DNA from: Halarcobacter sp.
GTDB lineage: Bacteria; Campylobacterota; Campylobacteria; Campylobacterales; Arcobacteraceae
Reading direction: 5' to 3'
DNA length: 64,000 nucleotides
Assembly (NCBI GenBank): GCA_048571215.1
Contig: CP182352.1
Span: 384,001-448,000 of the forward strand
Under the pieces are notes generated by a model. It searched no databases and was not told the origin of the DNA. It saw only the letters and a list, made by a program, of their open reading frames with translations. Below are positions 19,702-30,461 of the stretch, piece by piece. The number at the start of each line of letters is the position of its first letter. The stretch's first letter is position 1. The position numbers and the translations under genes were made by a program.

Positions 19702-21201
19702 ATGAAAATTATAAAATCTGCAACATTAAATGAGATCGATGCAAAAGAGGTAGAAGTAGAAGCTACCTTTACGAAAGGTTTGCCAAGTTTTACTATAGTA
19801 GGGCTTGCTACAAATAGTATTCAAGAGTCAAAAGATAGAGTAAAATCAGCATTGCTTACAAATGATTATAAATTTCCACCTAAAAAAATCACTGTAAATT
19901 TAGCTCCAAGTGAGATAAAAAAGGGTGGAACACATTTTGATTTGTCCATTGCGCTTTTAATTTCACTTTATGAAAATAAAAATATAAAATTTGAGGATTT
20001 TCATATTTTTGGAGAATTATCATTAAATGGACAGATAAATGATAGTAGTCAAATCTTTCCTATAATCTTATCTTTAGCTAAGCAAAAGAGTTTGAAAAAA
20101 GTACTTGTATGTAAAAAAAGTGCAAAAAAAATATCAAAAATACCAAATATAGAAGTATATTGTGTAGAGAGTTTAGTTGAAGCTATCAAATTTTTTATAA
20201 GTGATAAAAAAAGTGAATATAGGTACAAAAATGAAAAGTTTGAGTATAAAAAGATTATTATAGATAATAAAGAGTTTTACTATACAAATAGTTATGCCTT
20301 GGATTTTAAAGATGTAAAAGGGCAAGAAAATGCAAAAAGAGCAGCTTTAATAAGCAGTGCAGGAAACCATAATATACTTTTTGAAGGAAGTCCTGGATGT
20401 GGTAAATCTATGATTGCAAAGAGATTGCAGTATATTATGCCCCCTATGAGTATAGATGAGATACTAGAGATTGCAAAGTTACAAGCACTTGATTTAAAAG
20501 AACCAGATTTTAAACCTATTAGGGTTTTTAGAAGCCCACATCAATCAAGCACAAAAGCTTCTATAATAGGTGGAAATAATATAGGAGAGATAGCTTTAGC
20601 AAATAACGGAATACTTTTTTTTGATGAAATACCCCATTTTAGTAGTACTATTTTAGAAGCTTTGAGAGAGCCTTTGGAGGATTATAAACTTTTAGTTAGT
20701 CGTGCAAGCTCAAAAGTAAAATTTGATACAAAATTTTTATTTATAGCAGCTATGAACCCTTGCCCTTGTGGAAATCTATTATCTTTAAACAACAGTTGTA
20801 GATGTAATGAGTTAGAGATAAAAAGGTATAAAAACAAGCTTTCTGAACCATTTTTAGATAGGATAGATTTATATATAGTGATGAATGAATCAGATATTAA
20901 ACAAAAAGCTTCATATAGCTCAAAGCAATTTCATATGGAAGTTATAAAAGCCTTTGCCAAACAAAAACAAAGAGGACAAAAAGAGTTAAATGGTAAACTA
21001 AGTGATGAAGAGATTTTGAAGTATTGTCTCTTGGATGAAGAGTGTAAAAATATTTTAGATAAAGCAACAATGAACTTTAATTTATCTTTTAGAAGTGTAA
21101 ACAAGGTTTTAAAAGTATCAAGAACTATTGCAGATTTACAAGGGTGTTTAAATATTGAAAAAAATCATTTGATGGAAGCCTTAAGTTATAGAAGAAGATA
21201 G
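19702..21201 (+). CDS. comM: YifB/ComM Mg-chelatase-like AAA+ ATPase
   Basis: ITVNLAP, GSPGCGKS, AAMNPCPCG. Confidence 0.92.
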   Translation: MKIIKSATLNEIDAKEVEVEATFTKGLPSFTIVGLATNSIQESKDRVKSALLTNDYKFPPKKITVNLAPSEIKKGGTHFDLSIALLISLYENKNIKFEDFHIFGELSLNGQINDSSQIFPIILSLAKQKSLKKVLVCKKSAKKISKIPNIEVYCVESLVEAIKFFISDKKSEYRYKNEKFEYKKIIIDNKEFYYTNSYALDFKDVKGQENAKRAALISSAGNHNILFEGSPGCGKSMIAKRLQYIMPPMSIDEILEIAKLQALDLKEPDFKPIRVFRSPHQSSTKASIIGGNNIGEIALANNGILFFDEIPHFSSTILEALREPLEDYKLLVSRASSKVKFDTKFLFIAAMNPCPCGNLLSLNNSCRCNELEIKRYKNKLSEPFLDRIDLYIVMNESDIKQKASYSSKQFHMEVIKAFAKQKQRGQKELNGKLSDEEILKYCLLDEECKNILDKATMNFNLSFRSVNKVLKVSRTIADLQGCLNIEKNHLMEALSYRRR

Positions 21202-21252
21202 ATTAAGTTATATATTTATCATAATATTGTAAAATTTTTTTAAAGGAATAAT

Positions 21253-21879
21253 ATGGAGTTTAATGTCTGGTTGACCATGTTTTTAGCTTCAATTGCAATT
21301 TCTATTTCACCTGGTGCAGGAGCTGTTGTTTCAATGAATCATGGACTGAAATATGGACTTAAAAAATCATATCCTGCAATTTTTGGCTTGCAACTTGGGT
21401 ATTTAGTTCAAGCATTTATTGTAGTTATTGGATTGGGTGCAATTATTGCTAAATCAGTTTTTATTTTTAATATTATCAAATGGATTGGTGTAGCTTATTT
21501 AGTATATTTAGGACTTAGTAAAATCTTTGAGAAGGTTGAAGTTTTAGATGAAGGTGAGATAATAACTTCATATAATCCTAAAAAGGCTTTTTTAAATTCT
21601 ACTTTTGTTAATCTAACAAATATCAAAGCAACTGTTTTTTTAGTGGCATTTATACCCCAATTTATAAATCCTAATCTATCAATATTTTTACAATTTTTAA
21701 TTATCTCTTTAACTTTGTGTATTGTAGATATTATTGTTATGACAGGATATTCTTCCCTTGCCTCAAAATTAAAGTTTTTATTAAAAGATAAAAAGGCAAT
21801 AAAAACCCAAAATAGAATCACAGGGATAATGCTTATCTTGGCTGCTATTTTTATGTCAAATGCTAAAAAACTAAATTAA
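21253..21879 (+). CDS. LysE/RhtB-family amino acid efflux protein
   Basis: ISPGAG motif, KWIGVAYLVYLG, hydrophobic profile. Confidence 0.9.
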   Translation: MEFNVWLTMFLASIAISISPGAGAVVSMNHGLKYGLKKSYPAIFGLQLGYLVQAFIVVIGLGAIIAKSVFIFNIIKWIGVAYLVYLGLSKIFEKVEVLDEGEIITSYNPKKAFLNSTFVNLTNIKATVFLVAFIPQFINPNLSIFLQFLIISLTLCIVDIIVMTGYSSLASKLKFLLKDKKAIKTQNRITGIMLILAAIFMSNAKKLN

Positions 21880-21986
21880 GATTTATTAGGAAATATATGG
21901 TTTTGAATTTACTAATATTTATTGTATAATTCAAAAAATTTAGATTTTACGAAGATAAACTTCGTATTGATTACAAAAGGAAAAAA

Positions 21987-22871
21987 ATGACAAGATGTGG
22001 ATATGTTTCAGTAGTTGGACGTCCAAATGCAGGTAAAAGTTCACTTTTAAACTGGCTAGTTGGAGAAAAGATAGCGATGGTTTCACATAAAGCCAATGCA
22101 ACAAGAAAAAGATCAAATATAATAGTGATGCATAATGAAGATCAAATAGTATTTGTAGATACTCCAGGGCTTCATGAAACAGAAAAACTTTTAAATCAAT
22201 TTATGCTTGATGAGGCATTAAAGGCTATTGGAGACTGTGATTTGATTTTATTTTTAGCTCCAATAACAGATAAAATACACCATTATGAGAGTTTTTTAGA
22301 AAAAAACAAAAAAAATACTAAACATATATTGTTACTTACAAAAATTGACAATGTAACAAACAACGAAGTTCTTGAAAAAATAAAAGAGTATGAAGAGTAT
22401 CAAGATAGATACGAATCTATTATTCCTATATCAATTAAGAAGCAAACAAAACAATCAGATATTTTAGATGAGGTTGTAAAGCACCTTCCCGAATATCCAT
22501 ATCTATTTGACCCAGAGATTTTAACAACAGAACATTTACGAGATATATACAAAGAGTTTATTAGAGAATCTATTTTTGAAAATATTTCCGATGAGATTCC
22601 TTATGAAACTGATGTTCTAATAAATAAAGTTGAAGAGAAAAAAGACTTAGATGTTATCAAAGCTACAATCATAGTACAAAAAAGTACTCAAAAAGGGATG
22701 ATTATAGGTAAGGGTGCAACTGCTATAAAACGTATTGGAAAAGATGCTAGAATTAAAATCGAAAAACTAACTGGAAGAAAGTGTTATTTAGAACTTTTCG
22801 TATCAATTAAAAAAGGGTGGACTAAAAATAAACAAGGTCTAAAAGAGCTTGGTTATGATGTAACCTTTTAA
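21987..22871 (+). CDS. era: GTPase Era
   Basis: GRPNAGKS, DTPG, TKID, C-terminal KH domain. Confidence 0.97.
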   Translation: MTRCGYVSVVGRPNAGKSSLLNWLVGEKIAMVSHKANATRKRSNIIVMHNEDQIVFVDTPGLHETEKLLNQFMLDEALKAIGDCDLILFLAPITDKIHHYESFLEKNKKNTKHILLLTKIDNVTNNEVLEKIKEYEEYQDRYESIIPISIKKQTKQSDILDEVVKHLPEYPYLFDPEILTTEHLRDIYKEFIRESIFENISDEIPYETDVLINKVEEKKDLDVIKATIIVQKSTQKGMIIGKGATAIKRIGKDARIKIEKLTGRKCYLELFVSIKKGWTKNKQGLKELGYDVTF

Positions 22872-22953
22872 AATAATAAAAATATATATTTATTTAAACT
22901 TATTTAAAACAATTTGATAATAAAATCTATTATAAAAAACTATAAAAGGTTTT

Positions 22954-23760
22954 ATTATTGAAGTTTATTATATAAAAGCAAGTGAAGAGATCTCTTCAAA
23001 ACTATTAAAAGATTTTTTTCTAACAAATTTAAAAAGTCAAAATATAGTATTTAGTAAAAAAACTTATATCTATTATAGATTTATAGAAGAGTTCAAGCAA
23101 TATTTACTTTTAGTATTTGAAAAGTATAATGATGAAACTCCCTCATTTTTATTATATGAAAGTAGTGAAAATGAGATTTTTTTTGATGAAAACTATTTTG
23201 TTTTTTATAAAAATGGCTTAGCTTATTATTTTCAAAAATTAAGTAAAAACTACAATAAAGATGAGTTAATAGAGTTTATAAAAAGTAGGTTTAGTCTAAA
23301 AAATTTAAAAATCTCAGACTCAAAACAAGCAAAAATAAATAACTCAAATATTGACAAGCTTCCACTTCTAAAAACTAAAAATTCAAATATCTTTAAATCT
23401 TATTTACTCTATTTAGTTTTAATGCTTTTAGTAGTTGTTTTTTTAAACTATCAAAATAGAAGTTCAAAAAATACAAGTTTAGGAAGTATAAATAAAAATA
23501 TCTCATATATAAAAAAAGAGAATAATTTTGTTTCCATATCTAAAACCCTATTTGATATAGAACAAAAAGCAAAAGATAGCAAAGTTGAAATACTCTCTTT
23601 TATTTTAAAAAATTCGAAAATATCTATAGTGTGTGAAAGTAAAAAAAAGCAAATGGCATATGCTTTTCTAAAGAATTTTAAAAATAGTTCGATAGAGAGT
23701 ACAAATTTTGATAAAAATAAAAAAAAGTATATAACAAATGCAGTTTTTAGAATCTATTGA
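22954..23760 (+). CDS. Competence/T4P-T2SS assembly protein (PilM/PilN-like); longer than the ORF-track call, probable ATT start
   Basis: Frame of ORF 23422-23760 is open back to 22936. AAAGGT followed by ATT ATT at 22954/22957; one TM segment; first gene of the gspE/F cluster. Confidence 0.6.
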   Translation: MIEVYYIKASEEISSKLLKDFFLTNLKSQNIVFSKKTYIYYRFIEEFKQYLLLVFEKYNDETPSFLLYESSENEIFFDENYFVFYKNGLAYYFQKLSKNYNKDELIEFIKSRFSLKNLKISDSKQAKINNSNIDKLPLLKTKNSNIFKSYLLYLVLMLLVVVFLNYQNRSSKNTSLGSINKNISYIKKENNFVSISKTLFDIEQKAKDSKVEILSFILKNSKISIVCESKKKQMAYAFLKNFKNSSIESTNFDKNKKKYITNAVFRIY

Positions 23761-24379
23761 ATCAAAATTTGAAAAGCTATCAACTTTTATAAAAATTGAA
23801 CTATTTATAAGCCCTTGTATATTAGTTTTAATCTTTTATTATTTTCAAGAACCTAAGAAGCTTATCTCTAAAAACTTTATAAATAGTGGTGTTGAAGTCA
23901 ATAAATTACATATGAATATAAACATGCTTGAAGTATTAAACGATATAGAAAAATTTGCAATAAAAAACAATATAAAACTTTTAAATATATCAAATACACA
24001 AGATAGAGTGAAAGTATCTATAAAAACAAAAAGTTTTTATGACTTTATTATATTTCTAAATTTTTTAGAACACTATAACTCATTTTCAAAAATTATTAGT
24101 ATAGAAGATAATTCTATTTTAAAAGAGATAGAAATAGGTTTTGATAGATTTTATGTAAAAAAAGACTCAGACTTTATAAAACAAATTGATAAAAAAACTA
24201 CCCTAAATAAAAAGTTTAATTTAAAAGCAATTGTAAATAAAAAACTTTTCATAGATAATAGATGGCTAAAAATAGGGGATACCTTAGGAAAATACAAAAT
24301 AGTCGAAATTGATAAAAATAGTATTTATTTAAAAAGTGAAAAAAGTGTTTTAAAGTTGGAGGTATTTAATGGAAAGTAG
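23738..24379 (+). CDS. PilO/PilP-like assembly protein
   Basis: N-terminal TM segment; C-terminal WLKIGDTLGKYKIVEI motif; operon context. Confidence 0.6.
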   Translation: MQFLESIESKFEKLSTFIKIELFISPCILVLIFYYFQEPKKLISKNFINSGVEVNKLHMNINMLEVLNDIEKFAIKNNIKLLNISNTQDRVKVSIKTKSFYDFIIFLNFLEHYNSFSKIISIEDNSILKEIEIGFDRFYVKKDSDFIKQIDKKTTLNKKFNLKAIVNKKLFIDNRWLKIGDTLGKYKIVEIDKNSIYLKSEKSVLKLEVFNGK

Positions 24380-25721
24380 TTTTGATTATGTTGTTGATTA
24401 TAAGCTTGTTTCAAATTATGATTATGAGAAATTGAAAAGTTCTTTAGTGCTTCCCATAAAAAGTGAGGGTGTATACCTAAACTGTTTTGTCTGCAAACAA
24501 AGCAATTTTGAAGAGCTTGATATTAAGCTTTTGATAAAAAAAATAACTCTTAATAAAAATGAGATTCTATTTTTTTTAGATGATATAAAAATAAGGACAA
24601 AACTATATAACCTAAGTCAAATATGCATGAAAAGTAACCAAGTTGATGGTAGTTATATAAAAGAGTTTATTAATATTTTACTAAATAAAGCTATTGCTCT
24701 TAGGTGTAGTGATATTCATATAGAAAGTTTTGAAAATAGCGTTTGTTTTAGATTTAGAATAGATGGAGTACTAAAACTTTTTTATGTTTTTGACAAAGGT
24801 TTTTTTAAAATAATAAGTTCTTATATAAAGGTCTTATCAAAACTTGATATGACTCAAATTCGACTGCCACTTGATGGAGCTTTTAATTTATATTTAAATA
24901 ATAGAAAATATGATTTTAGAGTTTCAACTATGCCAACTATATATGGAGAATCTATTGTTTTAAGGGTTTTAGATAGTAAAAAAGTAAAAAAAGATTTAAA
25001 AAGTTTAGGATTTTCAAATCATACTTTTACTGAGATATCACAGTTCTCAAAACTCAATCAAGGATTAGTTTTAGTATCAGGACCTACAGGTTCAGGGAAA
25101 AGTACGAGCCTTTATTCTATTATCAACACCTTAGATAAAAAAACAAAAAAGATTATAACAATAGAAGACCCAGTAGAGTACAAAATAGAACAAGTTCAAC
25201 AAATCAATATTCAAGAAGAAATTGGACTTAGTTTTGATAGGGTATTAAAAAACATATTGAGGCAAGACCCCGATATCATCCTTATTGGAGAGATAAGAGA
25301 TAGTTACTCTTTACAAATCGCCTTGCAAGCTTCTTTAACAGGTCATTTGGTTTTTGCTTCAGTTCATGCAAATGATTCTGTAGAAACTCTTTTTAGGCTT
25401 ATTGATTTAAAAGCAGATAAATATTTACTTGCAACAACTTTAAAATATATCTTATCCCAAAGACTTGTATTAAACTTATGTGAAGAGTGTAAAGGTGTAG
25501 GGTGTAGCAGGTGCAATTATAGTGCTTATTATGAAAGAAGTTGTGTAGCTGAGGTTTTGAAAATAGATACAACTATAGCTTCACAAATTTTACAAGAAAG
25601 CTGCATATCTGAGATTAAAGATTATTTGAAAACTATTAATTTTAAAACTATGCTTGATGATGGGAAACAAAAAGTAAAAGAAAATAAAACAAGTTTAGAA
25701 GAACTTTATAGGGTAATATGA
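24369..25721 (+). CDS. GspE/PilB-family secretion ATPase (CtsE-like)
   Basis: SDIHIE, GPTGSGKS, TIEDPVEY, LRQDPD, LTGHLV. Confidence 0.93.
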   Translation: MESSFDYVVDYKLVSNYDYEKLKSSLVLPIKSEGVYLNCFVCKQSNFEELDIKLLIKKITLNKNEILFFLDDIKIRTKLYNLSQICMKSNQVDGSYIKEFINILLNKAIALRCSDIHIESFENSVCFRFRIDGVLKLFYVFDKGFFKIISSYIKVLSKLDMTQIRLPLDGAFNLYLNNRKYDFRVSTMPTIYGESIVLRVLDSKKVKKDLKSLGFSNHTFTEISQFSKLNQGLVLVSGPTGSGKSTSLYSIINTLDKKTKKIITIEDPVEYKIEQVQQINIQEEIGLSFDRVLKNILRQDPDIILIGEIRDSYSLQIALQASLTGHLVFASVHANDSVETLFRLIDLKADKYLLATTLKYILSQRLVLNLCEECKGVGCSRCNYSAYYERSCVAEVLKIDTTIASQILQESCISEIKDYLKTINFKTMLDDGKQKVKENKTSLEELYRVI

Positions 25722-26908
25722 TGAAATATACTGTTTTTTATCAAGAGGATTCAAAAATAAAAAAAGTTATCCTTAGTAAAAAGCAATTAGAAGAGAATAA
25801 GCTACCCGAAAATATAATTAAAATAAAAAAAAGATTTACTCTTTTGGCTTGGGATTTACATTTAAATAAAACAGTTCCAGAAAAAAAACTAAAAAATGTT
25901 TTTTATGAGTTATCTGTTATGTTAGAATCAAAAATTCTACTAAATGAAGCTCTTGAGATTTTGATAAAAAATGAAAAAAATATCAATACAAAAGAGTTTC
26001 TAAAAGCATTAAATAGCTCTTTTTCTTCTACGGGAAATTTAAATGTTGTATTAAAAAAGTTCAAAGTACCAGTTTTAGTAAAATCATTTTTTACTATTAT
26101 TTATGAGAGTGGAGATTCTATATCAAATATAAAAATTTTAAGTCAGATATTAAGTGAAAACTATGAGATAAAAAAAGAGTTTAAAAAAGTGATGTTTTAT
26201 CCCTTGATATTATTAATAAGTTTTATTCTTGCACTAATTGGAATATTTAAATTTGTGGTTCCTAAGTTTGAAGTTATGTTTACCCAATACTCTATGGAAC
26301 TTTCCATTTGGACAAGAACACTTTTTTTTGTTAAAGATATTTATGAAAACTATCTACTCTTGATTGTTTTTCTAATATCACTTGTATCTTTCCTTTTTAT
26401 TTATATCTATAGAAAGTTTTCCAAGTTTAGGTATTTTGTTTGTTATATTATTGCTAAAAAACTTTGGCTAATAAGTGATATTTATATGGCAAAAGTTTTT
26501 TATGAATTTTTCTTTTCTATGGAGAATCTTTTGAAAAATAGGTATAAATTTCATCGATGTTTAACAAAATCGAAAGTTTTAATTGAAAATTATTACCTTT
26601 TAGATAGAATTACTCAAATTGAAAACTTATTAAAAAGTGGAAAAAGTATTGAGTTTTCAATGTCACAATCAAAACTATTTGATGAGCTTGTTTTAAGCCT
26701 GATTAGAACAGGGGAGATATCAAACTCCTTAGAGCTTATGATTAGTGAGATAAAGAATATATATATAAAAAGATTTAATGATAGATTGAAACTTTTTTCA
26801 TTGGCTATAGAACCTATATTTTTCATGATTATTATGATACTAATTGTATGGATAATATTAGCAATTTTTGTACCCTTGTGGAGTATTGGTGATATGCTTA
26901 AAATTTAA
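25718..26908 (+). CDS. GspF/PilC-family inner membrane platform protein (CtsF-like)
   Basis: YP...FVVPKF, GEISN, AIEP motifs; follows the gspE-like gene. Confidence 0.9.
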   Translation: MMKYTVFYQEDSKIKKVILSKKQLEENKLPENIIKIKKRFTLLAWDLHLNKTVPEKKLKNVFYELSVMLESKILLNEALEILIKNEKNINTKEFLKALNSSFSSTGNLNVVLKKFKVPVLVKSFFTIIYESGDSISNIKILSQILSENYEIKKEFKKVMFYPLILLISFILALIGIFKFVVPKFEVMFTQYSMELSIWTRTLFFVKDIYENYLLLIVFLISLVSFLFIYIYRKFSKFRYFVCYIIAKKLWLISDIYMAKVFYEFFFSMENLLKNRYKFHRCLTKSKVLIENYYLLDRITQIENLLKSGKSIEFSMSQSKLFDELVLSLIRTGEISNSLELMISEIKNIYIKRFNDRLKLFSLAIEPIFFMIIMILIVWIILAIFVPLWSIGDMLKI

Positions 26909-26919
26909 GAGGATAATAA

Positions 26920-27492
26920 ATGAGTAAAGAATTAGAGTTTGAAAACTCTGTAAAAAATATTTTAGAATATATTGGTGAAGATATTAGCAGAGAGGGTTTA
27001 GAAAAAACTCCAAGTAGAGTTAGAAAAGCTTTTGAATTTATGTGTGGTGGTTATAGGCAAGATCCAAAAGAGATTATAAATCAAGCCTTATTTACAAGTA
27101 CAAATGATGAGATGGTAGTTATAAAAGATATTGAGTTTTATTCTATGTGTGAACACCATATGTTGCCAATTATAGGGAAAGCTCATGTGGCATATATCCC
27201 AAATGGAAAGGTTGTGGGACTTAGTAAAATACCAAGAATTGTTGATGTATTTGCAAGAAGATTACAAATTCAAGAGCAAATGACAGAACAAATCTGTGAT
27301 GCACTTAATGAAGCCTTAAACCCAAAAGGGGTTGCAGTGATGATTGATGCAAGACATATGTGTATGGAAATGAGAGGGGTTGAAAAAATCTGCTCTACTA
27401 CTGTAACATCAGCTCTAAGAGGCTTATTTAAACGTGAGAAGAAAACAAAAGATGAGTTTTTATCTATAGTTGCTCAGTCTTTGCATAAGTAG
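26920..27492 (+). CDS. folE: GTP cyclohydrolase I
   Basis: [28 protein letters not shown]. Confidence 0.97.
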   Translation: MSKELEFENSVKNILEYIGEDISREGLEKTPSRVRKAFEFMCGGYRQDPKEIINQALFTSTNDEMVVIKDIEFYSMCEHHMLPIIGKAHVAYIPNGKVVGLSKIPRIVDVFARRLQIQEQMTEQICDALNEALNPKGVAVMIDARHMCMEMRGVEKICSTTVTSALRGLFKREKKTKDEFLSIVAQSLHK

Positions 27493-27497
27493 TAACT

Positions 27498-27815
27498 TTG
27501 TTAGATAAAATAAAAAATTTAGAGTTTAAATATTATGATGTAAATGGATATATTTATCCTTTTGTGATGTTAGATGGAACAAAAGAAAAAATAGGTGAAG
27601 ATGAATACAGTTTTGATATGGTTTGTACTGCTACAAACTTATCTGCAAATGGGTCTGTATTTTTAAGATTGAAAATTATTGAGGATGAAGTATATTTTAG
27701 GACCAATTATTTTGCAAATAGTACAGAATATACGAAACTAAAAAAAATTGATGAAAACAATTACAATGTTGATTTCAATGGGGATACCTTAGAGCTAAAA
27801 GTTATCCTTTTATAA
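27498..27815 (+). CDS. Hypothetical protein
   Basis: 105-aa ORF filling the gap after folE. Confidence 0.6.
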   Translation: MLDKIKNLEFKYYDVNGYIYPFVMLDGTKEKIGEDEYSFDMVCTATNLSANGSVFLRLKIIEDEVYFRTNYFANSTEYTKLKKIDENNYNVDFNGDTLELKVILL

Positions 27816-29174
27816 AAGGATAACTTTTGCCAACATTAGAAAACTAAAAAATCCAACAATATCTGTTACTGTTGTAAGTAATACGGTACTTCCTATAGCT
27901 GGGTCTATATCAAACTTTTTAAGTAAAAGTGGAATAGATGCTCCAAAAAAACCTGCACTAAATAGATTTATAACCATGGACATAGCTATTACTAATCCAA
28001 GTAAAGCAGTGTTGAACCATACCCAAGCAATTAGACCAATAAGTATTGCAAAAAGTAACCCATTAAATAAAGAGATAAAAACCTCTTTTTTTATAGCATC
28101 TTTACTATTATCAAAATCAATATCCCCTAAGGCTAACTGTCTAACCATAACGGCAAGGGTTTGAGTACCTGCATTTCCACCCATAGAGGCAACTATTGGC
28201 ATTAAAATAGCTAAAGCAACAAAAGCCTCTATAGTTTTATCAAATAAACCTATTACCAGTGAAGCCAAAATTGCAGTTCCTAGGTTTAAAAACAACCACA
28301 AGGCTCTTTTTTTTGCTGTTGTAAAAAGATTGTCATCATGCTCAAATTCATCATTTACCCCAGCTAATTGGTACATTTGTTCTGTTGCATTCTCTTCAAT
28401 TACATCAAGAATATCATCATTTGTGATTCTTCCCATTAGCATATCTTGATATCCTACAACTGCTACAACACTTAAGTCATATTTCTCAAATTGTTTTGCA
28501 ACTTCATCAATATCCTCTTTGTCATTTACAACATAAGGTTTAAATCTATTTTTTTCATGGGAAGAAATAATTTCATTATAAGTTTTTTCAAAATCAAAAA
28601 GAATTAAATCTTCAAGTAAAATTGAAGCTACTAAACTTTTGTCTTCATTTACAATATATACTTGATGAATATTTTCCAATTCATCTTCATCTTTACTCTG
28701 TTTTAGTCTATTTAAAGACTCTTGAATAGTCTCATTAACACTTGCAGAGAAAAGTTCTGTTTGCATATAAGAACCAGCTTCATCTTCATCATATCTTCTA
28801 AGCCAGTTTATCTCTTTTTGGTCATTTTCTTCTAGACCTTCAAAAACCTCTTTTGCTTTTTCTTCATTTAACTCTTCTATCTCTTGGATAATATCTGTTG
28901 CATCATCTGATTCAAGTTCATCAACTATATCTGTAAGTTTTTCAATTGAGAGTTCTTCATAAACATCATCTCTTAGGTTATCGGGTAATTCTAAGATAAC
29001 TTCACCTAAGAGGTCTTCAGGTATAGATTTTACAACTCTGAAGAAATCTTCTGTACTGTGTTTTTCAATTTTTTTAAGTGAATAGGCTATATCACTAGGA
29101 TGTAAGTCATTAAGCTTTTTTAGTAGTTTATCAGGATTTTTGATAACTATTTCATGCTTATTATCTTTAGCCAT
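27810..29174 (-). CDS. mgtE: Magnesium transporter MgtE
   Basis: N-domain, CBS pair, MGGNAGTQ, DPA, TTVTD. Confidence 0.96.
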   Translation of the reverse strand: MAKDNKHEIVIKNPDKLLKKLNDLHPSDIAYSLKKIEKHSTEDFFRVVKSIPEDLLGEVILELPDNLRDDVYEELSIEKLTDIVDELESDDATDIIQEIEELNEEKAKEVFEGLEENDQKEINWLRRYDEDEAGSYMQTELFSASVNETIQESLNRLKQSKDEDELENIHQVYIVNEDKSLVASILLEDLILFDFEKTYNEIISSHEKNRFKPYVVNDKEDIDEVAKQFEKYDLSVVAVVGYQDMLMGRITNDDILDVIEENATEQMYQLAGVNDEFEHDDNLFTTAKKRALWLFLNLGTAILASLVIGLFDKTIEAFVALAILMPIVASMGGNAGTQTLAVMVRQLALGDIDFDNSKDAIKKEVFISLFNGLLFAILIGLIAWVWFNTALLGLVIAMSMVINLFSAGFFGASIPLLLKKFDIDPAIGSTVLLTTVTDIVGFFSFLMLAKVILL

Positions 29175-30364
29175 TAAATCTTCCTTGGATTGATTTGTGT
29201 AGCTGAAGCAGTTCTATCAAGTTTCATAGGCTTTAATAAATTAATCTCATCAATACTTGATACTAGCTCTTTAGATAAAGTTTTTGTATAAGTTAAAAAC
29301 TTAGCTTTTTCCTTCCCTTTTAGTTTGCTTTTTGTTACTTTGATAATTTTTAGTGGATCTATTGCTCTTCCATTTTTATATAACCCTAAGTGTAGATGTG
29401 GTCCTGAACTAAGCCCAGTACTTCCCACATAACCAATAAGTTGACCTTTCTTAACTCTACTTCCTACTCTTAATCCACCTCTAAATTTACTTTGGTGGGC
29501 ATACAATGTTCTAAGACCATTTTTATGTTGGATAATTATGGTATTACCATATCCACCTTTTCTTCCCCTAAAAACAATCCTTCCATCAGCAGCAGCATGG
29601 ATTCTTGTACCCCTTGCAGCTGCATAATCAACCCCTAGGTGTGCTCTATATCTTTTAAGTACTGGATGCCATCTTTTTCTTTGAAATCTACTTGATATTC
29701 TTTTATATTTAACTGGTGTTCTAAAAAAGAAATTTGTAAGACTTTTCCCAGTATTGTCATAATATTTATCATCTTTAGGATTTTTAAAAATATAGTTTTT
29801 GTGTTTATTTATCTCAACTAAAGCTCCTATAATATCAGGCTGCCCAAAATATTTACCTAGTCTTATTTTTTGTTTATATTTAATAACAACATGATCACCT
29901 TTTTGCATACCTCTAAAGTTTACACTTGAACTAAAGGCTCTTATTAATTCATTTGCCAAATCTTTGTTATTTGTTTTTTCCATAATATCAAGGTATGGTG
30001 AGTGATGTATCTCTAAAACTAAGGTTTCTTCAATCTCATCGTATTTTATAGGTAAGGTTTGAAAAGTGTATGTTCCATCATCTTTTTTATATACATGAAG
30101 TTGAATATCTTCTGATATAGGTATAAGTACCTGTTTTAATGTTTTTTTATCATCATCTAATAAAAGATGATAAAGAGTTCCTGCTGTAATCTCTGAACAT
30201 AACTCTTTATCCTCTTTTTCTAAGTTAAAATATAAGGATTGTGGGATTGAGTATTTTTGTAAAAATGTTAGAAATGTTTCGCCTCTTGGCCAACTTAACT
30301 CTTGGACTTCCTTTGAAAAACCTAAGGAAATAATAAGTACTAAAAGTAAAATAATTTTCTTCAC
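29174..30364 (-). CDS. M23 peptidoglycan endopeptidase (Csd3/MepM-like)
   Basis: HLGVD, YAH, GPHLH. Confidence 0.93.
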   Translation of the reverse strand: MKKIILLLVLIISLGFSKEVQELSWPRGETFLTFLQKYSIPQSLYFNLEKEDKELCSEITAGTLYHLLLDDDKKTLKQVLIPISEDIQLHVYKKDDGTYTFQTLPIKYDEIEETLVLEIHHSPYLDIMEKTNNKDLANELIRAFSSSVNFRGMQKGDHVVIKYKQKIRLGKYFGQPDIIGALVEINKHKNYIFKNPKDDKYYDNTGKSLTNFFFRTPVKYKRISSRFQRKRWHPVLKRYRAHLGVDYAAARGTRIHAAADGRIVFRGRKGGYGNTIIIQHKNGLRTLYAHQSKFRGGLRVGSRVKKGQLIGYVGSTGLSSGPHLHLGLYKNGRAIDPLKIIKVTKSKLKGKEKAKFLTYTKTLSKELVSSIDEINLLKPMKLDRTASATQINPRKI

Positions 30365-30461
30365 TGTGCTATTGTCTCTTTCTTTATAAAAAAATTAGAG
30401 TTTCTATTATACAATTGCACAACTTAATTAGTTATAAACGTTTATTTAAAGGGATTAATAG

